A DNA stretch of 63,467 nucleotides, filler included, from Octopus bimaculoides (lineage: Eukaryota): the NCBI RefSeq assembly GCF_001194135.2. It is 6 parts of 5 records of this genome, joined end to end, with 100 filler letters (N's around TTAATTAATTAA, not from the genome) between each part and the next. Parts side by side here need not be neighbours in the genome. Positions count along the whole stretch, not along the records: positions 1 to 31,396 come from NC_069002.1; 5 more parts are not named here. One strand, given 5' to 3'. Below, piece by piece: positions 13,645-23,325 of this stretch. The translations under genes were made by a program, and so were the position numbers. Under the pieces are notes generated by a model. The model was given only the letters and a program-made list of their open reading frames with translations. It did not search any database and was not told the DNA's origin. How positions within the stretch are numbered: position 1 is the stretch's first letter; every line of letters starts with the position of its first letter.

Positions 13645-14228
13645 ACTCTTTCCCTCTGTTACTTGCCTTTCTCCCCCTCCCTTTCTCTATGTTTCATCCC
13701 TCCACCAAAACCACATCCTTAGCCTAAACTTTTGATTCACATTTTTTTTCTAAATCAGAGGTAGAGAGTGAATCCCTGAAGGAACAGATAAAGTCCCTGC
13801 AGGTGATCTTTGATAACCAAGAGTACAGCCCCGTGGACGTGGAACGGATGAAGAAGGAGGAAGAACAGTTGGAAAGTCAGTTGGAAACGTTGGAGAAGGA
13901 AGATGCTGAATTAAGCCAAGAAATTTGGAACAAAGAGCTTGAAATTGGTAAAATTCAAGAAAAGGTAAATAAACAGTAGAAATCAACATGTTATCTTTTG
14001 TTTTTACTGATGTTTTTCTTACTCTTTTACTTGTTTCAGTCATTTGACTGTGGCCATGCTGGAGCACCACCTTTAGTCGAACAAATCGACCCCAGGACTT
14101 ATTCTTTGTAAGCCTAGTATTTATTCTATCGGTCTCTTTTGCCGAACCGCTAAGTTACAGGGACGTAAACACACCAGCATCGGTTGTCAAGCGATGTTGG
14201 GGGGACAAACCCAGACACACAAACACAC

Positions 14229-14259
<31 letters not shown>

Positions 14260-15812
14260 CGACGGGCTTCTTTCAGTTTCCGTCTACCAAATCCACTCAC
14301 AAGGCTTTGGTCAACCTGAGGCTATAGTAGAAGACACTTGCCCAAGGTGCCACGCAGTGGGACTGAACCCGGAACCATGTGGCTGGTAAGCAAGCTACTT
14401 ACCACACAGCCATAAGAATCCTTTCTACTTAAGGCACAAGACCTGAAATTTGGTGTGGTTGGGGGAGATAGTCAATAACATCGACCCCAGTGTTCAACTG
14501 GCACTTATTTTATCAACCCTGGAAGAAGGATTAAAGGCAAAGTTGACTTTGGTAGCATTTGAACTCAGAACATAAAGATTGACAAAATGCTTAGCAGCAT
14601 TTCGTCTAGCTTGATAGCAATTCTGCCAGCTCACCACCTATCATTATATAATTAATCCTTTCTATTATAGGCACAAGGCTTGAAATTTTGGGGAAGGGGA
14701 CTAGTCAATTATATCAACCCCAGTGTTTCACTGGTACTTAATTTATTGACCCCTGAAAGGATGAACGGTAAAGTCGACTTTAGCGGAATTTGAACTCAGA
14801 ATGCAGCGACGGGTGAAATACCACTAAGCATTTCGTCCAGCGTGCTAATGATTCTTATTTCTTTATTGCCCACAAGGGGCTAAACATAGGGGGGACAGAC
14901 AAAGGGATTAAGTCAATTACATCGACCCCAGTGCGTAACTGGTACTTAATTTATCGACCCCCGAAAGAATGAAAGGCAAAGTCGACCTTAGCGGAATTTG
15001 AACTCTGAATGCAGCGACGGGTGAAATACCACTAAGCATTTCGTCCAGCGTGCTAACGATTCTTTTTTCTTTATTGCCCACAAGGGGCAACATGAATTAA
15101 CACAAAATTTTGATGGAAGGTTTTAATTNNNNNNNNNNNNNNNNNNNNNNNNNNNNNNNNNNNNNNNNNNNNNNNNNNNNNNNNNNNNNNNNNNNNNNNN
15201 NNNNNNNNNNNNNNNNNNNNNNNNNNNNNNNNNNNNNNNNNNNNNNNNNNNNNNNNNNNNNNNNNNNNNNNNNNNNNNNNNNNNNNNNNNNNNNNNNNNN
15301 NNNNNNNNNNNNNNNNNNNNNNNNNNNNNNNNNNNNNNNNNNNNNNNNNNNNNNNNNNNNNNNNNNNNNNNNNNNNNNNNNNNNNNNNNNNNNNNNNNNN
15401 NNNNNNNNNNNNNNNNNNNNNNNNNNNNNNNNNNNNNNNNNNNNNNNNNNNNNNNNNNNNNNNNNNNNNNNNNNNNNNNNNNNNNNNNNNNNNNNNNNNN
15501 NNNNNNNNNNNNNNNNNNNNNNNNNNNNNNNNNNNNNNNNNNNNNNNNNNNNNNNNNNNNNNNNNNNNNNNNNNNNNNGGATGTTCTTGCTCAACACTTC
15601 AGTGTCCCCTCTTACGACATGCTGGGACATAGGGTGCATACTCAAAAACCTGCAATACCTTTATTATATTAGCAGGGTAGCGTGACAAAAACCTAGATGC
15701 AACATAAAGAATGCATTGCAACTTTCAAAATTTCACATACTGAGTTCAAATTCTACCAGGATTCACTTTGTTTTTCATCAGTTCCTGGACTTAGTTTTTC
15801 CTTCCCTCTTTC

Positions 15813-15851
<39 letters not shown>

Positions 15852-18800
15852 CACTCTCTTTCCCTCCTCCCTCTCTTTCTCTCCAATATTTGACTCCATA
15901 TGGCCAATATAAAAGACTTTATTGGCAGAATTGGAACAATACTATACAAAATCAAAATGACTTGTGATATTCAATTATGACTCTTCACAATTAATAACCC
16001 TTTTTTTTTTCTCTCTTTTTCATCCCTTTTTTTCATATTATTTCCAGTTAAATGAGAAATCTAAACAATACAACAGACTGGCCCAAAAGTTGCAGTTGAT
16101 ACCAGTAACTGCAGAAAATGCTGGTGGCTTAGATTTTGAAATGAAACCAGGCTTTCTCTTTGACAACACTCAGGAACAATTCACAGATCATAAGGTTAGT
16201 CAGATATTATTTTAGAATATTTCAAAAAAATATTTCTATATCTTTTATCTTCTAGTTCTTCTAGTCATTAGACTGCAGCCGTGCTGGGGCACCACTTTGA
16301 AGAATTCTCATCAAATGGATTGACTCCAGCACTTACTTTTTCTTTTAACGCCTGGTACTTATTCTATCAGTCTCTTCTGTTGAAGCACTAAGTTACAGGG
16401 ACATAAATACACCAACACCAGTTGTGAGGTGGTGATGGGGAACAAACAGACACAAACACACACACACACACAAACACACGCTCACACACACACATAAAGG
16501 AATTAAAGATAATGCCATGCTACTTCATATTAATCCTTATCGTGATGGCATGTGTACCAGTGGAGCACTAAGAGCACCGTCTGAGCGTGATCGTTGCCAG
16601 AGCACCAGCTGTCTGGCTTCCGTGTCGGTGGCATGTAAATAGCACCATTTGAGCGTGATCATTACCAACATTGCCTTCCTGGCACTTGTGCCAGTGGCAT
16701 GTGTAAGGACCTTCGAGCAAGATCGTTGCCAATACCGCTGGACTGGTGGCACGTAAAATACACCATTTTGAGTGTGGCCGTTGCCAGTACCGCCTGACTG
16801 GCTTTCGTGCCAGTGGCATGTAAAAGCACCCACTACACTCTCGGAGTGGTTGGCATTAGGAAGGGCATCCAGCTGTAGAAACTCTGCCAGATCAGATTGG
16901 AGCCTGGTGTAGCCACCTGGTTTCACCAGTCCTCAGTCAAATCGTCCAACCCATGCTAGCATGGAAAGCGGATGTTAAACGATGATGATGATGATGATGA
17001 ATCACCTCGTGCTCTTCATATTGTCTAATAATGATGATGATGATGATGATATTATCCTCCCCCTTCTCCTTCCTTTCTCTTCTCCTCTCCTTCTTTACTA
17101 TCATCCTCATTACCCCTATACTGCATAATTCGTTAAACCCTACTCTGTTTCCAGATGCATATATGGGCAGTGAAGGAAAAGATCACTGAAGCACTGCACT
17201 CCTCCAACGCCGAGAAGAGGCGTTACTTGGATATAAACGAACGGGTAAGCTATCATACTTTGCACACTTTGATTGCTTCCCTGCTGGTGATTTGACCTGG
17301 ACCTGCTAGAAATCACAGTAAATTTCTCTCATATAACATACCACCATCTTAATCGAGGAAGAATACTTCAGATAAAGATGAGATGAACATGGTTGGAATG
17401 CCTGATAAACCAGAACTTAGTTGATGCTAAATAAAATGGGTGCTTGAACAAGGCTTCTTGACTTGCTAAAAATAGCATCCAAATCACACATGTGTCATGT
17501 AAAACTAAGAAGCGTACATCAGTTCATGTAATCCATGATACTGTTGTTGTTGTTGTTGGCACTCCGTCGCTTACGACGTCGAGGGTTCCAGTTGATCCGA
17601 TTAACGGAACAGCCTGCTCGTGATATTAACGTGCAAGTGGCTGATCACTCCACAGACACGTGTAACCTTAACGTAGTTCTCGGGGATATTCAGCGTGACA
17701 TAGTGTGACGAGGCTGACGTTTTGAATTACAGGCACAACAGAAACAGGAAGTAAGAGTGAGAGAAAGTTGTGGTGAAAGAGTACAGCAGGGTTCGCCACC
17801 ATCCCCATGGAGTGGTTAAGCTGGCTCCTATTGAGTTCACCATGTCACGGGTCAAAGTGGTCCATGCACATCTGCCAATAACCCATTCTACATGTTTTGA
17901 ACCATTCCCAGTTCCAGCAATGACTGCCAAAGACTTTAGGGCCAGAAACAAGCTCCATATCTGCTTTGACTATTGTGAGCCACATCTTCAACTGACCACC
18001 TCTCCTCTTGTGCCAACCTGGAGGAGGATCTGGTGCTATTGCCTTCCAGATGAGTTTGTCATGGGGATGCCGCAATGTGTAATCAAACCACCGTAGTCTT
18101 CTTGTCAGAAGAGTTCCCTCAAGAGGTGAGAGACTGCAGCAAGCATTAAGTTATCGGTTTGAAAGTCTGCAACAACTCCAGCCATTGACTCCTAACTTAC
18201 AGCTTACTCAGTGGCTAACCTACACAACATACACACGCATGTGCGAGTCCCAAGCACCAACTGTTAAATCATTGTCTTGTTCTAATTCAGGAGAATGACC
18301 AGTGTAATGAGAAAGAGGCCCATATTGTCAGGCTGAAGACCAACCTGGAACGACTGAAGAAAGACTACAAATGTGACAAGCAAGTAAGTGTTTGTGATCT
18401 TTTATCATTTCATCTTTTACTTGTTTCATTCTTCATTGGACTGTGGCCATGTTGGGGCACTGCCTTGAATGGTTTAGTCGGACCCCTGTACTTAATTTGA
18501 AGTATTTTTAAATCTTGTACCAATGCTGAACTGGGATGTAAACAAACCAACATCAGTTGTCGAGCAGAGGGGTTACACAAACACAAAGGCATACACACAA
18601 ACACACACACAGTCATCATCGTCGTCATCATTTTAGCATAAACTTTTCCATGCTCACTTGGGTCACAGAATTTTTGGAGCAGATCTTGTTTTATTGCTGG
18701 ATGTTCTTCCTGTTGCCAACCCTCAGCTCTTTCCAAATAAGATAACAACTTCACCATTCCAGGACATGTTTTCATGGAAGAAGTTTTTAATTTTCTGTTT

Positions 18801-19828
18801 TAAATTTACACTACCCTTGTATCATATACATGCATGTATATATAAATACATATGTATATATATATACATATATATATGTGTATATAGATGTATGTGTATA
18901 TATATATATATATCATCATCATCATCATCATCATCATCGTTTAACGTCCGCTTTCCATGCTAGCATGGGTTGGACGATTTGATTGAGGACTGGTGAAACT
19001 GGATGGCAACACCAGGCTCCAATCTAATTTGGCAGAGTTTCTACAGCTGGATGCCCTTCCTAACGCCAACCACTCCGAGAGTGTAGTGGGTGCTTTTACG
19101 TGTAATATATATATATATATATATATATATANNNNNNNNNNNNNNNNNNNNNNNNNNNNNNNNNNNNNNNNNNNNNNNNNNNNNNNNNNNNNNNNNNNNN
19201 NNNNNNNNNNATGTGTATAGTGTCGCCTTTCTGGCACTTGTGCCCGTGGCATGTGTAAGGACTTTTGAGCGAGATCGTTGCCAGTGCCGCTGGACTGGCT
19301 CTTGTGCGGGCGGCACGTAAAATACACCATTTCGAGCGTGGCCGTTGCCAGTACCACCTGACTGGCCTTTGTGCCGGTGGCATGTAAAAGCACCCACTAC
19401 ACTCTCGGAGTGGTTGGCATTAGGAAAGGCATCCAGCTGTAGAAACTCTGTCAGATCAGATTGGAGCCTGGTGTCGCCTCCTGGTCCACCAGTCCTCAGT
19501 CAAATCGTCCAACCCATGCCAGCATGGAAAGCGGACGTTAAACGACGACGATGATGATGATGATGATGATGACTACCATTGCTATCGCTATCACCACTGC
19601 CTTCATTATCACTTTAACATTTTACAGCCCCCACCACCATCATTACTGCCACCACTTAAGTCATCATCATCATCATCACACATCATCATCACAACCACCA
19701 CCACTGTTTTACTATTGTTACCATTACCAATACTGTAGTTTACCTTTATTGCAACACACCCCTCTTTCTCAATTGTACACTCTTATGAAATATTCTCTCT
19801 CTCTGTGTTATAATGTTCTCTCTCTCTG

Positions 19829-19875
<47 letters not shown>

Positions 19876-20412
19876 GTAACGTCATTCGTCTTTTTGTGTC
19901 TATTATGCAGTTACATGAACAATGTATTGAGATCAAACAGCAACTTTGTGACAAAGTTTATGAGGAACTGAACGGGAACAAGAAAGCCTTAGAAATTTGC
20001 ACATTGGAGTCGGACCTACTTCGTGGGGATCTGGAGAAAATTAAGGAGCAGTAAGTGTTCTTGAGGAAAGTGTTTGCCAGGGACCAAATCCTTAGGCTTC
20101 TAAACAAGTCCCTTCCATTCTCCTCCCTCAAAAGGATAAAATTAATGTGAGGGATAATCAGATTGATTTGTGTAACAAATCTTAAAAAATACAGTTGTAT
20201 GTTTATAAGAAGTCACTCTTTTACTTGTTTCAGTCATTTGACCGTGGCCATGCTGGAGCACCGCCTTTAGTCGAGCAAATCGACCCCAGGACTTATTCTT
20301 TTGGAAGCCTAGTTCTTATTCTATCAGTCTCTTTTTGCCAAACCGCTAAGTAACGGGGACGTAAACACGCCGGCATCGGTCGTCAATCGATGTTGTGGGG
20401 GGACAAACACAG

Positions 20413-20444
<32 letters not shown>

Positions 20445-22540
20445 GCATATATACGACGGGCTTCTTTCAGTTTTCTGTCTACCAAATCCACTCACAAGGC
20501 TTTGGTCGGCCTGAGGCTATAGTAGAAGACACTTGCCCAGGCTGGATACCCTTCCTAATACCAACCACTTTACAGAGCATACTAGGTGCTTGTTTTCCTT
20601 TTTTTTTTTTTTTTTTTCCTTTCATGTTTTATCATTTTTATTTCTTTTTACTCTTAGATTTTCTCCAGTCAAATATACATATATATATTATTTTATATTT
20701 ATAGAGCAGCCCAAGAAATGGAAGCACATAGTAAAAAAGAGAAAGCTAGTCTGGAATTCCTGCAGAAAGTCATTAATCAAGTGGCTGAACATAAATCCAG
20801 GATTAAGGTACGTTTTTAGACATCGTTAATAAATGGTTAAGTTGTCTCTTCTGGATTGGATACACAAATTTTACCATGCCACAGTGTTTCTTCTTTACCA
20901 TTCAATTATTGTTCATAAGCCATCAGCATGTATCTTCCAAGTCCCTTTGTTCTTTGGTCTTTTAGCTTCCCTAGATCTTTAAAATGGTTATCAGACATCA
21001 GTGCCAGGACCAGAAAGCCCTCTCTCCTTGCTCTCAACATAAGTAGGTTTGTTTTACTTTCGAGTGTCGCCGTTGGTCGTTACCAACGTTGCCTTCCTGG
21101 CACGTGAAAAGACATTCGAGCGAGATCATTGCCAGTGCCGATGGACTGGCTCTTGTGCGGGTGGCACGTAAAATACACCATTTTGAGCGTGGCCGTTGCC
21201 AGTACCACCAGGCTGGTCTTTGTGCGGGTGGCACGTAAAGCACCTACTACACTCTCGGAGTGGTTGGCGTTAAGAAGGGCATCCAGCTGTAGAAACTCTG
21301 CCAAATCAGATTGGAGCCTGGTGTTGCCATCCGGTTTCACCAGTCCTCAGTCAAATCGTCCAACCCATGCTAGCATGGAAAGCGGACGTTAAACGACGAT
21401 GATGATGAAGAGGGTTTTTTTTTATATGATAAGGCTCCTAATTTATTGTCTAAACCCTAAATTTAGAGAACACTGTTTGTGTACATGGCAGCCTTTTACT
21501 GTGTCATCTCACACAAGCTACAAGTCCTTTCCTTTGGTCCCCAAGTCCTGGTGAATTTGTAGGAGCATCATCAGAACATATATATCTTGGACATTTTAAA
21601 CATGGCTGAGCTACTCTTTCTCTTTTAGTCTGAACGCAGTTAATGTCTTTCAGAGAGAGAGAGAAAGAGAAAATAAAATTGAACCCATTACTGTAACAAA
21701 CCCGTGAATGGATGAAAGGCAAAGTTGATCCCAGTTAGATTTGAACTCAGTGTGCTGAGATCCAAAACAAATAATGCAAAAGTATTCAATCCGACACTGT
21801 AAAAAAAGGATAAAGGGTAAAGTCCCACTTTGGTCATGAATGACCATGGGATTCCACCTAGAAAGTTCCCCTCCAAGGCACAAACCCAGGCAAGGCTGTT
21901 TATGGAAGACCAGCAGTTACCCATGCATACCAGTCTCCCCTCTCCACACCACGAATGTTGTCCAAGGGAAAGGCAAAGGGGCCGATACAGCATGGCACCA
22001 GTGATGTTGCAATTTATTTCTACAGCTGAGTGAACTGGAGCAATGTGGAATAAAGAACACAACACACAACCTGGTCTGGAAATTGAACTCAGTACCTCGT
22101 GATTGTGAATTCAATGCTCTAACACTGTAAGATTCTGCCAAACTACTTCTATATTTTATATCATCTCCTGGAGGGACCCCTGCAGCTGGATGCTGACAGA
22201 CTCCTTGAGATAATATAAACAACACCACTGTCACTACCATCTCCTATGAGCCTGTAAAATGTTTTTCATTGCAGACCCAGGTGTGACTCTCGGTGCAGGT
22301 AAGGCTGTGTAATCGGAACAAGGGTTGCTAGAAAGTTCCTAGGTGTAGCATTCAACCTCTACTCTCACCCCCATCCTACTCTCTGCAACACTATTCTTTA
22401 TTCAAAGAATTTGCCATTCTCTGATTTTTTTTTTTGTTTTTTTTTTTGTTTTGCAGAATAACCTGGAAACAGTCAGTTCTGAGATAAAAAGCCACAAAGA
22501 AAAAGCACTGGAAACCATCTATACTGCCCAATATAGTTGA
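3218..22540 (+). CDS. NDC80: Kinetochore protein NDC80 (HEC1) homolog, complete spliced CDS, 613 aa: join(3218..3414,5504..5603,6154..6240,7436..7621,7849..7926,10382..10472,10758..10852,12505..12649,13759..13964,16048..16194,17155..17244,18291..18383,19911..20050,20705..20807,22457..22540)
   Basis: Exons joined by hand at GT-AG sites give one open frame ending in TGA. Motifs match NDC80 from memory: basic tail, RDPRP, CH domain ([44 protein letters not shown]), coiled coil with [11 protein letters not shown] and IWNKELE, and loop [22 protein letters not shown]. Confidence 0.97.
5504..5603 (+). CDS. NDC80: NDC80 coding exon 2
   Basis: tag|A; [33 protein letters not shown]; gtaagt donor. Confidence 0.95.
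5643..6033 (+). mobile_element. tRNA-derived SINE family S3, full copy. Others: 10956-11338(+ full), 13358-13476(- head), 17544-17806(- 3' half), 60620-60790(+ degenerate)
   Basis: Head GGAGGCGCAATGGCCCAGTGGTTAGGGCAGCGGAC...GGTTTCGATTCCC; tail hairpin cgtcgtaagcgacg plus (CAA)n. Confidence 0.88.
6154..6240 (+). CDS. NDC80: NDC80 coding exon 3 (CH domain)
   Basis: ctag|TTC; [29 protein letters not shown]; gtgagc donor; not in the ORF track. Confidence 0.95.
6426..7380. repeat. Minisatellite, about 39-bp unit GTGTGTATATAGATTTAACATATGCAGTGTAGAATTAAC, in an NDC80 intron
   Basis: About 19 visible tandem units on either side of a 150-N gap. Confidence 0.95.
7436..7621 (+). CDS. NDC80: NDC80 coding exon 4 (CH domain)
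   Basis: tttag|TTT; [62 protein letters not shown]; gtttga donor. Confidence 0.97.
7849..7926 (+). CDS. NDC80: NDC80 coding exon 5
   Basis: pyrimidine tract + tacag|ACT; [26 protein letters not shown]; gtttgt donor. Confidence 0.88.
10382..10472 (+). CDS. NDC80: NDC80 coding exon 6
   Basis: ttttcag|CTG; [30 protein letters not shown]; phase 1 gtaagt. Confidence 0.93.
10758..10852 (+). CDS. NDC80: NDC80 coding exon 7
   Basis: tacag|AA; (K)[31 protein letters not shown]; gtgagt. Confidence 0.92.
11688..12478 (+). mobile_element. Repeat family D (about 550 bp, (TAA)n-bounded; probable non-LTR 3' UTR), split by an S2 SINE; second copy 47200-47740(-)
   Basis: Two long, clearly homologous copies in opposite orientation, both bordered by TAA/TTA runs. 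Confidence 0.75.
12165..12395 (+). mobile_element. tRNA-derived SINE family S2 with a 14-bp target-site duplication. Other copies approx. 4592-4822(+), 11455-11665(-), 14415-15090(-, tandem), 26465-26655(+), 45935-46100(-), 59745-59975(-), 60290-60415(+)
   Basis: Head GGCGAGCTGGCAGAAA...GAGTTCAAATTCC, core GACTTTGCCTTTCATCCTTT.GGGGTCGATAAATTAAGTACCAG; flanks ATGATGGATATATT (12151-12164) and ATGATGGGTATATT (12396-12409). Confidence 0.88.
12505..12649 (+). CDS. NDC80: NDC80 coding exon 8 (coiled coil)
   Basis: aaag|GAC; [48 protein letters not shown]; phase 1 gtaaga. Confidence 0.92.
13020..13054. repeat. Interstitial telomeric repeat AACCC(TAACCC)5
   Basis: Five perfect TTAGGG-complement hexamers inside a family C-related tail. 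Confidence 0.9.
13759..13964 (+). CDS. NDC80: NDC80 coding exon 9 (coiled coil)
   Basis: tcag|AG; (E)[36 protein letters not shown]...[14 protein letters not shown]; gtaaat. Confidence 0.96.
14020..14412 (-). mobile_element. tRNA-derived SINE family S1, full copy. Other copies approx. 1060-1305(-), 7950-8320(-), 8530-8750(-), 16250-16495(-), 18400-18610(-), 20215-20540(-), 27525-27880(+), 34397-34545(+), 44892-45715(-, three pieces), 50905-51075 and 51480-51715(+), 54500-54990(-), 61340-61680(-)
   Basis: Head GGCTGTGTGGTAAGTAGCTTG...GGTTCAGTCCCACTG (A/B-box-like), internal (TA)/(TG) microsatellite, tail ...gactgaaacaagtaaaagag. Confidence 0.85.
16048..16194 (+). CDS. NDC80: NDC80 coding exon 10 (Ndc80 loop)
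   Basis: tccag|TTA; [49 protein letters not shown]; gttagt. Confidence 0.96.
17155..17244 (+). CDS. NDC80: NDC80 coding exon 11
   Basis: tttccag|ATG; [30 protein letters not shown]; gtaagc. Confidence 0.88.
17807..18090 (-). mobile_element. RTE-type LINE C-terminal fragment fused to an S3 SINE half
   Basis: [39 protein letters not shown]. Confidence 0.62.
18291..18383 (+). CDS. NDC80: NDC80 coding exon 12
   Basis: ttcag|GAG; [31 protein letters not shown]; gtaagt. Confidence 0.9.
19911..20050 (+). CDS. NDC80: NDC80 coding exon 13
   Basis: tgcag|TTA; [46 protein letters not shown]; phase 2 gtaagt. Confidence 0.9.
20705..20807 (+). CDS. NDC80: NDC80 coding exon 14
   Basis: atag|A; (Q)[34 protein letters not shown]; gtacgt. 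Confidence 0.9.
21820..22140 (-). mobile_element. Additional degenerate SINE-like repeat (family E) in the last NDC80 intron
   Basis: Reverse tRNA-like head (...gaaattgaactcagtacctcgtgattgtgaattcaatgctctaacac) and RTE-like tail ggtcatgaatgaccatggg. Confidence 0.5.
22457..22540 (+). CDS. NDC80: NDC80 terminal coding exon
   Basis: long T tract + gcag|AAT; [30 protein letters not shown]. Confidence 0.88.
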   Translation, partial: NNLETVSSEIKSHKEKALETIYTAQYS

Positions 22541-22563
22541 GTGTTAAATATACATGCATATAC

Positions 22564-22599
<36 letters not shown>

Positions 22600-23237
22600 A
22601 TACATATATATATGCACACACATTCCACTGTGGTTCATTATATTGCTTTATTAAAACTTTCCAAGATCTTACAGAATTGGTGAGTGCATGTATGACTGTT
22701 TTTTAACCTAGCCCCAGTCAACCCTGCTTGTATAGCTCTATGCCCTTCCACACAAACACACACACATGTCAGGGACTAACTGAATTATCCTTCTTGTTTT
22801 TTAAGATGGTAGGGTATGATTTGATGGGAGTTTGGCTGTTCATTTTTTAGCAGATTGAATGAACACCTCATCTAGTCATTACCCTACTCGTTATTTTTTC
22901 TGCTAAACTGACACATCTAATTCACAGAGTAATATTTGATGTGCATATATGTTAATATGTATATATGCATGTATGTATAGGTATATAAACACACACAAGT
23001 TGATATGTATTGCTTGTATTCTGTGTATATTTTACACACATTCTGTGGGTGTGGGTGTGTGTGTACATATATGAAGCAATTATTGCATATGTAAGTTACT
23101 TGGCCTGTATTGTGATATTTGATTCAATTTATGTGTGTTTATGTGAATGTGTATATAACTGTTCTATGGATGACAAGTTCACAAGAAGTTATGTCTGACC
23201 ACTTAAAATATAGGACACTAAGATAAATGTGAAAGTG

Positions 23238-23243
23238 AATAAA
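23238..23243 (+). promoter_or_regulatory. Candidate polyadenylation signal of NDC80
   Basis: AATAAA about 700 nt after the stop codon and just before the mariner insertion; AT-rich context makes chance occurrence plausible. Confidence 0.35.
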
Positions 23244-23325
23244 ATATTTAATCCATAATCATTAGTCCACAAAAATATATTTTATCAGACTAACAATTAT
23301 AGATTAAGTATTTGAAATATATGTA

